Assembly: GCF_004010195.1 (NCBI RefSeq)
Contig: NC_057750.1
Coordinates: forward strand, 16,684,450 to 16,748,449
DNA length: 64,000 nucleotides
Direction of reading: 5' to 3'
From: Chiloscyllium plagiosum
Taxonomy: Eukaryota
Below are positions 38,201-50,539 of this stretch, piece by piece. A program made the position numbers and the translations under genes. Position 1 is the stretch's first letter; the number at the start of each line of letters is the position of its first letter. The notes under the pieces are model-generated. The model did no database searches, was not told where the DNA came from, and worked only from the letters and a program-made list of their open reading frames with translations.

Positions 38201-38499
38201 GAATTAAGGAAAAGCACTATTCACAGCTTCACAACATTACAAAGGAAGTTCGACCGTGGAGCTGCATTTTGATGTATTTGAGTCAGACCAGTATGTGTCA
38301 TTCACAGGTTTTCCTTTTGGGGTATTTCTGAAGATTTGTTGTGGCTGTAATCTAAGACACAATGATGGGTTGTTTGTACACAACAAGCTGCGACAAACAC
38401 CAATGTGATAATGACGAAAACACCCATATTGACTGGGAAACTGTGGAGATCTCTCCTGCTGCTCAACTTTGAAATTGGACTATGGGATCACTTACCCTA

Positions 38500-39030
38500 G
38501 AGTCAAAGAGATGTACAGCACAGAAGCAAATCCTTCGGTCCAACTTGTCCATGCTGACCAAGTTTCCCAAAGTAAACTAGTCGCACTTACGGAGTCAGAC
38601 AGTCATACAACACAGAACCAGACTCTTCGATCTAACAAGCCCATGCTGACCATAATCCCAAACTAAACTAGTCACACCTACTTGCGTTTGCCCCATATCC
38701 CTCCAAACATTTCTTATTCATGTATTTATCCAAATATCTTTTAAACATTGTAACTGTACCCACATCCACCATTTCCTCTGGAAGTTCATTCCACACGTGA
38801 ACCACACTGTGTAAAAACGTTGCCCCCTCGCGTCCTTTTTAAATCTTTCTCCTCTCACCTTAAAAATAAGCCTCTGGTCTTGAAATCCCCCACCACAGGA
38901 AAATGACATCTGCCATCATCTATGTCCCTAAATGACTTTAAAAACCTCTATAAAGTCACCCCTCAACCTTCTATGCTCCAGTGAAAAAAATCCCAGCCTT
39001 TCCTTATAACTCAAACCCTCCATTCCCGTT
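38500..39030 (-). mobile_element. Two abutting CR1/HER1 3' ends
   Basis: Two successive tails (agagtcaaagagatgtacagca...; gagtcagacagtcatacaac...) and FKVRGERFKKD on the minus strand. Confidence 0.8.
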
Positions 39031-39704
39031 AATACCTGATGCGTCCTCAGTTGAATGCCCTGTCAGAATAATAAATGCATTACTGACAGTGCGGCACTCC
39101 CCTACCTCTGTACAGGAACATTGGGTACAAAGCTATGGAGTGGACAGAATGTCTTTGCCAATGAAAAGCACAAAGGAGATCGTGGAATGTGAGAGACTTG
39201 GATGAAACGAAAATCGAGGAAACTGGGAATGATCATTCGGGAAAATGGCCTACTTATACTGGATCTGTTTCCCTCAGCTAAAAATCAAGAACAGCCATGT
39301 TACCACAGAATATTAATTGCGCCATCTCCTGGTTGTGCCCGGAACCTAATCTGTCAGCATTTCAGTTGATCACTTGGAAATGCTCACCTCTGGCAGGTTG
39401 TAATTGACAGTATCCTGTGTTTGTCAAGGTACAAATTTCCACCTCCTCCATCAGTCCCCACTGGTGATGATGTAATGGAACCTGTTACGGAAGTTGTTGC
39501 AGGATTAGTTTGACGATTGCAGCATTTTTTCCCGAGCGCAGGTGAAGAAAGCCGAAGGTTTCCTGGAATTCTCAGTTGCACAATCATTGCTGCAGGTAAT
39601 CACTGCTTAAACACCAGAGAAAGGGAAAGGAAGCCATTCAACCCCCTCAGGCTCTTTGCATTGCCTTTCAATTGGGCCACACAATCATCAAGTAGTTACA
39701 GGAA

Positions 39705-39982
39705 CAGAATCATAGAATCCCTACAGTGTGGAAACAGGCCCTTCGGTCCAACCAGTCCACACCAACCTTCCAAAGAGTAACCCACCCAGACCCATTCCCC
39801 TACCCTATATTTATCCCTGACCAAGGCACCTAACCTATGCATCCCTGAACACTATGGGCAATTTAGTGTGGCCAATTCACCTGACCTGCAGATCTTTGGA
39901 TTGTGGGAAGAAACCGGAGCACTCAGAGGAAACCCATGCTGACACTGGGAGAATGTGCAAACTCCACATAGACAGTCACCCA
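39705..39982 (-). mobile_element. HE1-like SINE (5'-truncated)
   Basis: agaatcatagaatccctacagtgtggaaacaggccc...aaaccggagcactcagaggaaaccc. Confidence 0.85.
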
Positions 39983-40479
39983 TTCAGCTAATTGTGACTG
40001 TGCTTGGCAATCTGTAAGAGCAACTCAGGTAGTCCCAATCATCCACCTATATCCCCACGACCCTGCAATCTTACTTCTTCAATTATCCAATTTCATCTTG
40101 AAAGCCTCAAATAACCTTGTCTCCCTCACCCTCAGACCTTCACCATTCATTTTGTGAAGACATAATGGTTGGTCTATTTTACAATTTCAAATACGCACCT
40201 TGGTTCCATATGCTTGAAACCACTTGCCCAAAACAAATGTATCAAATCTGATCATTTGTATCCTGCAGCCTCAGCATCTGTCTTGGGAAGAAATTTCCCA
40301 GTTTCCTTTTGTATGAAGGAATGCTTCCTCCCATCACTCTGAATGGCCTGGATCTAACTTTAAAGTTCTGACCCCTTAGTGATGGACTCCTCCACCTCAC
40401 CTTGAAGAAATATTACCTTCTACCCCATCTTTACCACCTCCTTTGGTTCCAAACATCAGAATGGACACAGCAACTTGAA

Positions 40480-40800
40480 AAATTAAATGAGGGGGAAGAA
40501 TCTACTCCTGTCTACTCTGCATATGCCCCTCATAATTTTATACATTTCAATCACGTCCCTATCAAAGGTCCTCTGATCTAAGGAAAACAATCCTAATCTG
40601 TCCAAGATCTCTCCATAACTGAAACTCTCCAGCCAAGGCAACATCCTGGTAGATCTCCTCTGCAGCCTCTCCAGTGCTAACACATCTCTTCTATAATATA
40701 GATTCCAGAACTGCACACAATACTCTTTGTATGGCCTAGCCAATGTTTCATACAGTTCCAGCAGAATTTCCCTGCTCTTAAACTCTATGCCTCAGCTCCT
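40480..40800 (-). mobile_element. CR1 fragment
   Basis: ORF 40483-40743 reads RPYKEYCVQFWN...LERLQRRSTRMLP.LE..SY...LGLFSL. Confidence 0.85.
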
Positions 40801-40941
40801 AAATGCCTTACCTAAGAAAACACATACTAACATTGGAAATTAACTAGGTTGATACTGAGTATGAAGCTTATGATTTCAAATAAACCTGTTGGACTATAAC
40901 CTGGTATTGTGTGATTTTTAACTTGGTCATGAAAGACACAG

Positions 40942-41689
40942 TCGCAAATTGTGGCATTTGAAAAGCACAGTAGGTCAGGCAGCATCTGAGGAGCAGGAGA
41001 GTCAATGTTTCGGGCAGAAGCCCTTCATCAGGAATGTGGAAGGGTGGAGGGTAGGGGGCTGAGACATAAATAGGAGGGTGGGAGTGGGGCTGAGGGAGAA
41101 AGTAGCTGGGAATGCAAATGATGGACGAAGGTGGGGTATGATGGTGATAGTTTGGTGGGGAGGGTGGAGTGGATAGGAAAGAAGATGGATCAGTAGGACA
41201 GTTCAAGAGGGTGGTGCTGAGTTGGAGGGTTAGTGATGCCGTGTGGTTGGAGGGTCCCAAGGTGGAAGGTGAGGTGTTCTTCCTCCAGGCATTGGTTGGC
41301 TTGGATTTGGTGGTGGAGGAGGCTCAGGACTTGCATATTCTTGGTGGAGTGGGAGGAGAGTTGAAGTGGTCAGCTACAGTGCGGTAGGGTTGTTTTGAAC
41401 TTTCATATCTGTTCATGTTCCTTCCCACCTATCTGCACCACCCTCCCCCGACCTATCACCATCACCTCCCACCCGAATTTACCCATCACCTTCCCATCTG
41501 CCTTCCCCCCAGCCCCACCTTCACTCTCCTATTTATTTCTCAGCCCCCTTTCCCCCGCAACATTCCTGATGAAGGGCTTTTGCCCGAAACGGCAACTCTC
41601 CTGTACCTCGGATGCTGCCTGACCTGCTGTGCTTTTCCAGCACCAAATTTTTCGATTCTGATCTCCAGCATCTGCAGTCCTCACTTTCC
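40942..41689. mobile_element. Fold-back family A element with TSD and two outward-facing HHR motifs
   Basis: Flanks catgaaagacacag (40928-40941) and cataaaagacagag (41690-41703). HHR cores at ~41001-41035 (-) and ~41563-41596 (+), both altered at the cleavage site. Confidence 0.8.
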
Positions 41690-42399
41690 CATAAAAGACA
41701 GAGGGTAGCTGTGGAAGGGTATTGTCTGACTGGAGGTCTGTGACCAGTGGTGTTCCGCAAGGATCAGTTCTGGGACCTCTGTTGTTTGTAATGTATGTTA
41801 ATGATTTTGTTGAAAATGTAGTTTGTCTGATTAGTAACTTTGCAGAAAATATGAAATTTGGTTGAGTTATGGATAGTGAGGTAGATTGTGAAAGGATACA
41901 ACAGGATATAGATCAGTTGGAAAGTTAGGCAGAGAAATGGTAGATGGAGTTTAACCCAGAAAGTGTAGGTGACGCATCTTGGGAGGTCGAATGCAAGATG
42001 AAATATTACACAGTAAATGGCAGGACCCTTAGAAGCATTGATATACAGGAATGGGATTGGGGTCAAAATCCATAACTCCCTGAAGGTGACAACAGAAATG
42101 GGCAAAGGTATAAAGAAGGTGTACGGCATGTTTGCATTCATCAGTCGGGGCAGCGAGTATAAAAGTTAACAAGTCATGATGTAGAGTTTAAGACTTCAGT
42201 TAGTGTACAGTTTTGATCACCAGGTTAATGGAAGGATGTGGAGGCTTTGGAGAGGGTGCAAAGAGTTTTACCTGAATGTTGTCTGGATTGGAATATATTA
42301 GCTATAAGGAGAGGTTGGACAATCGTGGATTGTTTTTGCTGGAGTGCCAAAAGCTGATAGAAGTGTATAAAATTGGATCAAGTGAGTAAAATTGAGAGG

Positions 42400-43042
42400 A
42401 GAAAGTGAGGGCTGCAGATGTTAGAGATCAGAGCTGAAAATGTGTTGCTGGGAAAGCGCAGCAGGTCAGGCAGCATCCAAGGAACAGGAGAATCGACGTT
42501 TCGGGCATAAGCCCTTCTTCAGGAATGAGGAAAGTGTGTCCAGCAGGCTAAGATAAAAGGTAGGGAGGAGGGACTTGGGGGAAGGGCTTTGGAAATGCGA
42601 TAGGTGGAGGGATTTTCCTCTCTCCCTCCGTGACTCCCTCGTCAGGTCCACACCCCCCACCACCCAACCTCCACTCCCGGCACCTTCCCCTGCAACCGCA
42701 AGAAATGCAAAACTTGTGCCCACACCTCCCCCCTTACTTCCCCCCAAGGCCCCAAGGGACACTTCCATATCCGCCACAAATTCACCTGCACCTCCACACA
42801 CATCATCTATTGCATCCGCTGCACAGTCAAATCCCTCGAACTCAGCACCGCCTTCCTAACCTGCAATCTTCTTCCTGATCTCTCCGCCCCCACCCCACTC
42901 TGGCCTATCACCCTCACCTTGACCTCCCTCCACCTATCGCATTTCCAAAGCCCCTCCCCCAAGTCCCTCCTGCCCGAAACGTTGATTCTCCTGTTCCTTG
43001 GATGCTGCCTGACCTGCTGCGCTTTTCCAGCAACACATTTTC
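42400..43042. mobile_element. Fold-back family A element with 15-bp TSD and a Neptune-type zinc-finger/GIY-YIG remnant
   Basis: agtaaaattgagagg at 42385-42399 and 43043-43057. Plus strand ~42680-42825 reads GTFPCNRKKCKTCAHTSPLTSPQGPKGHFHIRHKFTCTSTHIIYCIRC. Confidence 0.88.
42490..42526 (-). ncRNA. Minimal type I hammerhead ribozyme (family A), intact core
   Basis: attc-CTGAAGA-a-gggc-ttat-gccc-GAAA-CGTC-gattc, with a GUC triplet. Confidence 0.78.
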
Positions 43043-43489
43043 AGTAAAATTGAGAGGCATGGATAGGGTGGATAGTCAAAGTCTTTTTGCCAGGGTGGAA
43101 ATAGTAGGGGGCAAATGTTTAAGGTGAGAGGAGGAATGTTTAAATGAGATGTGTGAAGGAAGTTTTTTACAAGAGGGCAGTGGGTGCCTAGTTTGTGCTG
43201 CCAGAGGAGGTGGGAGAAACAGCTGGGATAGAAACGTTTAAGAAGCATTTGGACAGAGACATGAGCAGGCAGGGAATGGAGGGATATGGACTATGTGCAG
43301 GCAGATGGGAGTAGTTTAGAATTGTATCATGATTGGCACAGATATGGTGGGCCAAACGACATGTTCCTATGCTGTACTGTTCTATGTTCTATATCCACAC
43401 TGTAGGGATTCCATTTCGTTGTTGTCCTATTCCTGTTACCTATTGCTTCAACATCTGAGGAATTTGAATGGTCCTTGAGATTGGATCAA

Positions 43490-44905
43490 AAACCACAAAA
43501 TGTAACCCCATTGAGTCTGTTGTTCCATTCAGAGAGATCATGACTGATTTGGTAACCTTCAACTCTACTTCCCTGCATTTTTCCAACAAACCTTTTACGA
43601 ATCAAAACACATTCTATCTCACTTGAATATACTTAACAACCCAGTCTCACCAGTTCTCTGTGGTAAAGAATTCCACAGATTCACGACTCTCTGAGAGAAG
43701 AAGTTCTCCCTCATTTCTGTCTTAAATGTGTGACCCCTCATTCTGAGATTATGCCCTTTTGGTCCTATACTCTCCCATAAGAGAAAATAACTTCTCTTCA
43801 TCTACCTTCTCATGTCCCAAGAATCTTGTGTATTCAAATCAGGTCATCTCTCATTCTTCTAAATTCTAATTATTACAGGTCCAATCTACTCAATCATATC
43901 TCAGAAGACAGTCCCTCCATACACACTGTCAGCCTGGTTAACCTTCTCTGCACTGCCTCCAATGTTAGTATATCTTTTCTTAGATAAGACATTTATTAGA
44001 GTTTAAGAACAGGGAGGTTCTACTGGAATTGCATAAAACATTGGTTCGGCCATGTTGAGAGTGTTGTGTGCAGTTCTGGAATCCATCTTATAGAAGAGAC
44101 GTGATAGCACTGGAGAGGCTGCAGAGGAGATCTACCAGGATGTTGCCTGGGCTGGAGAGTTTCAGTTATGGAGAGAGTTTGGACAAACTAGGATTGTTTT
44201 CCTTAGAGCAGAGGAGATTGAGAGGGGACATGATTGAGTTGTATAAAATGATGAGGGGCATAGACAGAGTAGACAGGAGAAACTTTTCCCCTTGTTGGAG
44301 AGATCAGTGACCAGGGATCATAAATTTAAGGTAAGGGACGGAAAGTTTGGAGGATAATGGGAACCTGGAACTCATTGCCTGTAAGGGTAGTAGAGTCAGA
44401 AACTCTCATAACATTTAAGAAGTATTTAGACGTGCACTTAAGATGCCAAGGTATACAAGGCTACAGGCTAAGTGCTGGGAAATGGGATTAGAATAGTTCA
44501 GCAGTTCCTTTTGACTGACATGGACATGGTGGGTGGCACAGTGGCACAGTGGTTAGCACTGCTGCCTCACAGTGGCAGGGACCTGGGTTCAATTCCCGCC
44601 TCAGTCAACTGTCTGTGTGGAGTTTGCACATTCTCCCTGTGTCTGTGCGGATTTCCTCCGGGTGCTCCGGTTTCCTCCCACAGTCCAAAAATGTGCAGGT
44701 TAGGTGAATTGGCCATGATAAATTGCCCGTAGTGTTAGGTGAAGGGGTAAATTTAGAGAAATGGGTCTGGGTGGGTTGCTCTTCAGAGGGGCAGTGTGGA
44801 TTTGTTGGGCCGAAGAGCCTGTTTCCACACTGTAAGTAATGTAATAGACATGATAGGGCTGAAGGACCTTTTCTGTGCTTTTCCATGCTTTAGATCCCTA
44901 TGAGT
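43490..44905. mobile_element. Divergent CR1 3' fragments (minus 43490-43990; plus 43990-44905, the latter containing an HE1 SINE)
   Basis: ORFs 43619-43801 (GHNLRMRG..FKTEMRENFFSQRVVNLWNSLP) and 44068-44310 (QFWNP.YRRDVIALERLQRR). Confidence 0.85.
44530..44845 (+). mobile_element. Full-length HE1-like SINE
   Basis: gggtggcacagtggcacagtggttagcactgctgcctcacag...gggttcaattcccgcc...gcctgtttccacactgtaagtaatgtaat. Confidence 0.92.
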
Positions 44906-45559
44906 CTATAACTATAACTCTAATGAGCCCAGAATTATTCACAGCATTCCAGTTGTGGTCTGACTAGAGCCTTATGTAGCTTTAAGAGTGTGGTGCTGGA
45001 AAAGCACAGCAGGTCACACAGCATCCGAAGAGCATGAAAATCGATGTTTCGGGCTTGTATAGTTTCAGCCAGTGTTCCTAATTTTATATTCCATTCCCTT
45101 TGAAACAAAGGCCAACATTTAATTTTCCTTCCACATTACCCACTGAATTTGGATGCTAGCTTTTTGTGATTCCTCCACAAGAAAGCCCAAATCCCGCTGT
45201 TCTGTAGCTTTCCACAGTCTTTCTCCATTTAAACAATATTCTGCTCCTCTATTTTTCCTTCCAAAGCACTTAATTTCAGAATTTCCCACATTATATCAAG
45301 TTTACTTTACCTGTCTATCTCCTTCTGCATAAAGTAAAATAAAGAACTGTGGATTTTGGAGAGCTGAAACAGGAACAGGAAGTGTGGCAACAGTTCAACA
45401 GATCTGTGGAGAGAAAAACAGAGGTAACAGTTTGAGTCCAGGTGGTCCTTCAAACAGTCACTGGACTCAAAATGTTAACTCTGGTTCCTCTCCATAAATG
45501 CTACCAGATCTGTGAGTTTCTCGAGCACTTTGTGTTTTTGTTTTATATCCCTCTCTGTG

Positions 45560-46790
45560 ACATCCTCACCACTTGCCTTCTTACTTATTTTTGTGTCATC
45601 TACAAACTTGTCGATAGTACATTAATTTTCCTCATCCAAATGGTTAATATAAACTGCAAATAATTGTGGCCCCAGCATTGATCCCTTTGGCACTCCACTA
45701 GTTATAGGTTGCTGACCTGAAAATGCTCCCTTTAGCTCAACTCTCTGTCTTCTATAATTATGGATCCTGTTTCCTTGGAATATACTACCTACAACACCAT
45801 GGGCTCTTATCTGAAGTAGCCTAATGTGTAATACCATATCAAATGCCTTCTGATAATCCTAATATATTACATACATTGTTTCCGTTTTATCCTGCTTTGT
45901 TGCTTTCTCAAAGAATTCTAGTAAATTTGTCAAGCATGATTTCCCCTTCATGAAGCTATGCTGGATCATGTTATGTATTTCTAAATAGTCTGCTATTACG
46001 TCTTTTATCACATTTCCAATAATAGATGTTAAGATAATTGGCCTATTACGTGGTTGTCTCTTTCCTTTTTTAAATTAAGGTGTTACCTTGGCAGTTTTCC
46101 AATCCTCTGGGACTTTTCCAGCATCTGAGGATTGCTGGAAGATGACTACCAGTGTTTCCTCTATCTCTTTAGCTACTTCCTTTAATATCCCCGGATGCAT
46201 TCCCATTAGGTCCAGGGGATTTATTGATCTTTAGCCCCATCAGCTTCCCCAGCACTTTTTCTCCAGTGATAATTATTGTATTTATTTCCTCTTCTCCTGT
46301 TGCCCTTTTGTAATTTAGTATTTTGGGGGATGCTATTTGTGACTTCTACTGTGAGGAATGAGGTAAATGATTAACTCACCCTCTCTGTCAGTTCTTGGTT
46401 CTTCAATTATTGTTAGACAGACAAGATGACCAAAGGATTAGATAGGGTAGACAGTGAAAGTCTTTTTCCTAGGATGATGATGTTGGCTTGTGTGAGGGGG
46501 CATAACTACAAATAAAGGGGTGATAGATTTAAGACAGATGTCAGAGGCAGGTTCTTCACTCAGAGAGGTGGTAAGATCGTGGAATGCCCTACCTGCCAAT
46601 GTAGTTAACTCAGTCACATTAGGGAGATTTAAACAAAACTTGGATAAGCACATGGATGATGATGGGATAGTGTAGTGGGACGAGCTGAGAATAGTTCACA
46701 GGTCAGCGCAACATCGAGGGCCGAAGGGCCTATTCTGCGCTGTATTGTTCTATGTTCTATGTTCTATGTTTTATGTTCTATGTTCTATGT
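45560..46790. mobile_element. CR1 RT fragment (minus, 45560-46400) and CR1 3' end (plus, 46410-46790) with (TTCTATG)n tail
   Basis: ORF 45622-45837 reads RQRVELKG.FS...ITSGVPKGSMLGPQLF.VYIN.LD. Tail gttctatgttctatgttctatg at 46747-46790. Confidence 0.8.
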
Positions 46791-47129
46791 TCTCCCAGCG
46801 TTGTTCTCTAAGGGGCTAGTGTTGACTTTGGCCTTTTATTTTCTGAGTTTTTTAATGTTTAAATAAGCTCTTTTGCAATTATCAGCGAACATCTCCATTT
46901 CTTATGATAAGACCATAAGACATAAGAGCAGAAATTAGGCCATTCAGCCCATCAAGTCTGCTCCGCCATTCAATCATGGCTAAGTTTCTCAACCCTGTTT
47001 TCCCACCTTCTTCCCGTAACCATTGGTCTGCTTAACAATCAAGAACCAATCTATTGGGTAGCCATGAGGCAGTATGGGCCATCAACAGCACAGAATTGTA
47101 CTCCTGCACAATCCGTAACCTCATGGCCA

Positions 47130-47400
47130 GGCAATCCTCTGAAGGGCATCCCACCCCCCCCAATTCCTGCATTACCAATAGCTAATCCACCTAATCTGCA
47201 CATCTCTGGATGCAATGGGCACCTTTAGCATGGCCAATTCACCCTAACCTGTATATCTTTGGACTGTTGGAGTTAACCTGCACAGAGACACGGGAAGAAT
47301 GAGTAAATTCCACACAGACAGTCACCTGAGGGTGGATTTGAATCCGGGTCCCCGGTACTGTGAGGCAGTGCTAACTACTGTGCTAACCACTGAGTCACCA
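47130..47400 (-). mobile_element. Degenerate HE1-like SINE
   Basis: gcatggccaattcacc...tctttggactgt...cacacagacagtcacctgag...tgtgaggcagtgctaac. Confidence 0.7.
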
Positions 47401-47599
47401 TCTCCAGTGGTCCACAGCATCACAGGTACCAGCTTTCAGTCAATTCAATTCACTCCACACACTGGATACTGCAAACACAATGGGCACTGACAACATTATA
47501 GGATTAGTATTAAAGACTTGTGCTGCAGAAATTACTGCTAGCCTAGCCCAGCTATTGCAGTACTACTAGACACTGGCACAACCCAACAGTGTGAACGTT

Positions 47600-50525
47600 G
47601 CTGAGATATTTATTGTATTCACTGTCAGTTTTTACTGTAGAGAAGGACATGGAAGCTAGGGAACTTGGGGAAATAAACAGTGATGTCTTGAAAGAGTTCA
47701 TATTACAGAGAAGGATGTGCTGGATGTCTTAAAATGCATAAGGTGGATAAATCCCCGGGACCTGATCAGGTATTCCCCAGAACTCTGGGGGAAGCTAGGG
47801 AAGAGAGTGCTGGACCCATTTGCTGAGAAATTTGTCTCATCAACAGCCACAGGTGAGGTGTTAGAAGACTGGAGGGTGGCTAATGTAATGCCATTATTTA
47901 AGCAAAGCGGTAAGGAAAAGCCAGGGAACTATGGACCTGTCAGCCTTACATCAGTGTGGGGTAAGTTGTTGGAAGGGATTCTGGGGGAACAGGATTTACA
48001 CACATTTGAAAAGGCAAGGACTGATTAGAGATAGTCAACATGACTTTATGCTTGGGAAATTGTGTCTGACTATTTTGGTTGAACCTTTTGAAGAGGTGAC
48101 AATGAAGATTGATGAGGGCAGAGTGGTAGACATTGTCTATATGGACTTCAGCAAAGCATTAGAAAAGGTTTCGCATGATAGGCTGATTAGCAAGGTTAGA
48201 TCACATGGGATCCAGGGGAAGCTAGCTGATTGGATACACAATTCTCTTGAAGGTAGAGGGTTGAACGTGAAACTGAAAGTGATGGTAGAGGGTTGGTTTT
48301 CACACTGTAGGCCAGGACCCAGTGGTGAGCCTCAAGGATCACTGCTGTGTGCATTGCTTTCCATCATTTATATAAGTGATTTGGATATGAATATAGGGGG
48401 TTAGTAAGTTTTTCGGATGACACCAAAATAAGTGGCATAGTGGAGAGTAGATCATAGAGGAGAAAGTGAGGTCTGCAGATGCTGGAGATCAAAGTTGAAA
48501 CTTTATTGCTGGAACAGCACAGCAGGTCAGGCAGCATCCAGGGAACAGGAGATTCGACGTTTCGGGCACAGGCCCTTCTTCAGGAAGTAGATCATAGCAG
48601 AGTACAATGGCACCTTAATCAGATGGGAGTTTTGCCAGATAAAGAGACCTCGGGGTGCAGGTGCAAAATATCTTGAAAGTGGAGTCGCAGGTGAACAGGA
48701 TGATGAAGAAGGCGTTTGGCCTGCTTGCCTTCATTGGTCACAACATTGAATACAGTATAGGAGTTGGAATGTCATGATGCAGTTGTACAGGACATTGGTG
48801 AGGCCACTTTTTGAATACTGTGCACAATTCTGATCGCCCTTCTATAGGAAAGATATTGTTACACCTGCGAGGGTACAGAAAAGATTTGGAGGGTTTGAGT
48901 TAAATACAGGGTCTGAATAGGCTGGGTTTTTTCTATCTGAAGTGTCAGAGGTGGAGGTGTTTGTAAAATCATGAGGGGCATAAGAGGATCATAGTGTCAT
49001 AGAGATGTACAGCATGGAAACAGACCCTTCGGTCCAACTTGTCCATGCCGACCAGATACCCCAACCTAATCTAGTCCCATTTCCCAGCACTTGGCCCATA
49101 TCCCTCTAAACCCTTCCTATTCATATACCCATCCAGATGCCTTTTAAATGTTGCAATTGTACCAGCCTCCACCACTTCCTCTGGTAGCTCATTCCATACA
49201 CACACCATCCTCTGCGTGAAAACGTTGCCCCTTATGTCCCTTTTATATCTTTCCTGCTCACCCTAAACCTATGCCCTCTAATTCTGGACTCCCCCACTCC
49301 AGGGAAAAGGCTTTGTTTATCTATCCTATCAATGTCCCTCATGACCACACCTCTAAATTTTGTGTCATCTGCAAATTTACTAACTATACCTCCTATGTTC
49401 ATATCCAAATCATTTATATAAATGACAAAAAGTATAGGACCCAGCACTGTTCCTTGTGGCACTCCACCAATCACTGGCCTCCAGTCGGAAAAACAACCCT
49501 CCAACATCACTCTCTGTCTTCTACCTTTGAGCCAGTTCTGTATCCAAATGGCTAGTTCTTCCTGTATTCCTTGGGATCTAACCTTGATAACCAGTCTCCC
49601 ATGGGGAACCTTGTTGAACGCCTTAATGACGTCCATGTAGATCACATACACTGCTCTGCCCTCATCAATCCTTTTTGTTACTTTTACAAAAAAAGTCAAT
49701 CAAGTTTGTGAGACATGATTTCCCACGCACAAAGCCATGTTGACTATCACTAATCAGTCCTTGCCTTTCCAAATACATGTAAATCCTGTCCCTTAGGATT
49801 CCCTTCAACAACTTGCCCAACACCACCATCATGATCACTGGTCTATAGTTCCCTGGCTCATCCTTACCACCCTTCTTAAAGAATGGTACCACGTTAGCCA
49901 ACCTCCAGGCACTGGCACATCATCTGTGACTATCGATGATACAAATATCTCAGCAAGGGGCACAGCAATCACTTCCCTAGGTTCACACAGAGTTCTAAGG
50001 TACACTTGATCAGGTACTTGGGATTTATCCACCTTTTTGTGTTTCAAGACATCCAGTACTTCCTCCTATGTAATAGGGACATTTTCCAAGATGTCACCGT
50101 CTATTTCCTCACATTCTATATCTTCCATGTCCTTATCCAAAGTATACACTGATGCAAAATACTCATTTAGTACCTCTCCCATCGAGGGTGAATTGCAAAG
50201 ATCTTTTATCCCCAGGTGGGTGAGTCCGAAAGTAGAGAGCATAAAGGTGAGAGGGGAAAGATTTAAAAGGGACCTGAGGGGCAACTTTTTCACGCAGAGG
50301 GTGATGCATGTGAGTTGCTAGAGGAAGTGGTGAAGACTGGTACAATTATAACATTTAAAAATCATCTGGTTGGGTAACTGAATCGGAAACGTTTAGAGGG
50401 ATATGGGCCAAATGCTGGCTAATGGGACTAGCTCAGATTGAGATGTCTGGTCAGTTTGAAACGAGTTGAATCGAAGGGTCTGTTTCCGGACTGTATGACT
50501 CTATGACCCTGAATCGATGACTCTA
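47600..50525. mobile_element. CR1 ORF2 fragments in alternating orientation (+47600-48985, -48990-50180, +50180-50525)
   Basis: [70 protein letters not shown]. Confidence 0.9.
48458..48585 (-). mobile_element. 128-bp solo family A element with perfect 12-bp TSD and intact hammerhead
   Basis: agtagatcatag at 48446-48457 and 48586-48597. Minus strand ttc-CTGAAGA-a-gggc-ctgt-gccc-GAAA-CGTC-gaa. Confidence 0.88.
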
Positions 50526-50539
50526 GGTACATCCTTTAC

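Larger units (their letters stand above)
41695..43392 (+). mobile_element. CR1 RT and 3' end interrupted by a family A element
   Basis: gactggaggtctgtgaccagtggtgttccgcaaggatcagttctgggacctctgttgttt (DWRSVTSGVPQGSVLGPLLF), and tail tgtactgttctatgttctat. Confidence 0.85.

Noticed and set aside
44530..44600. tRNA gene
   Set aside because: The A/B boxes belong to SINE heads, and there is no complete cloverleaf.
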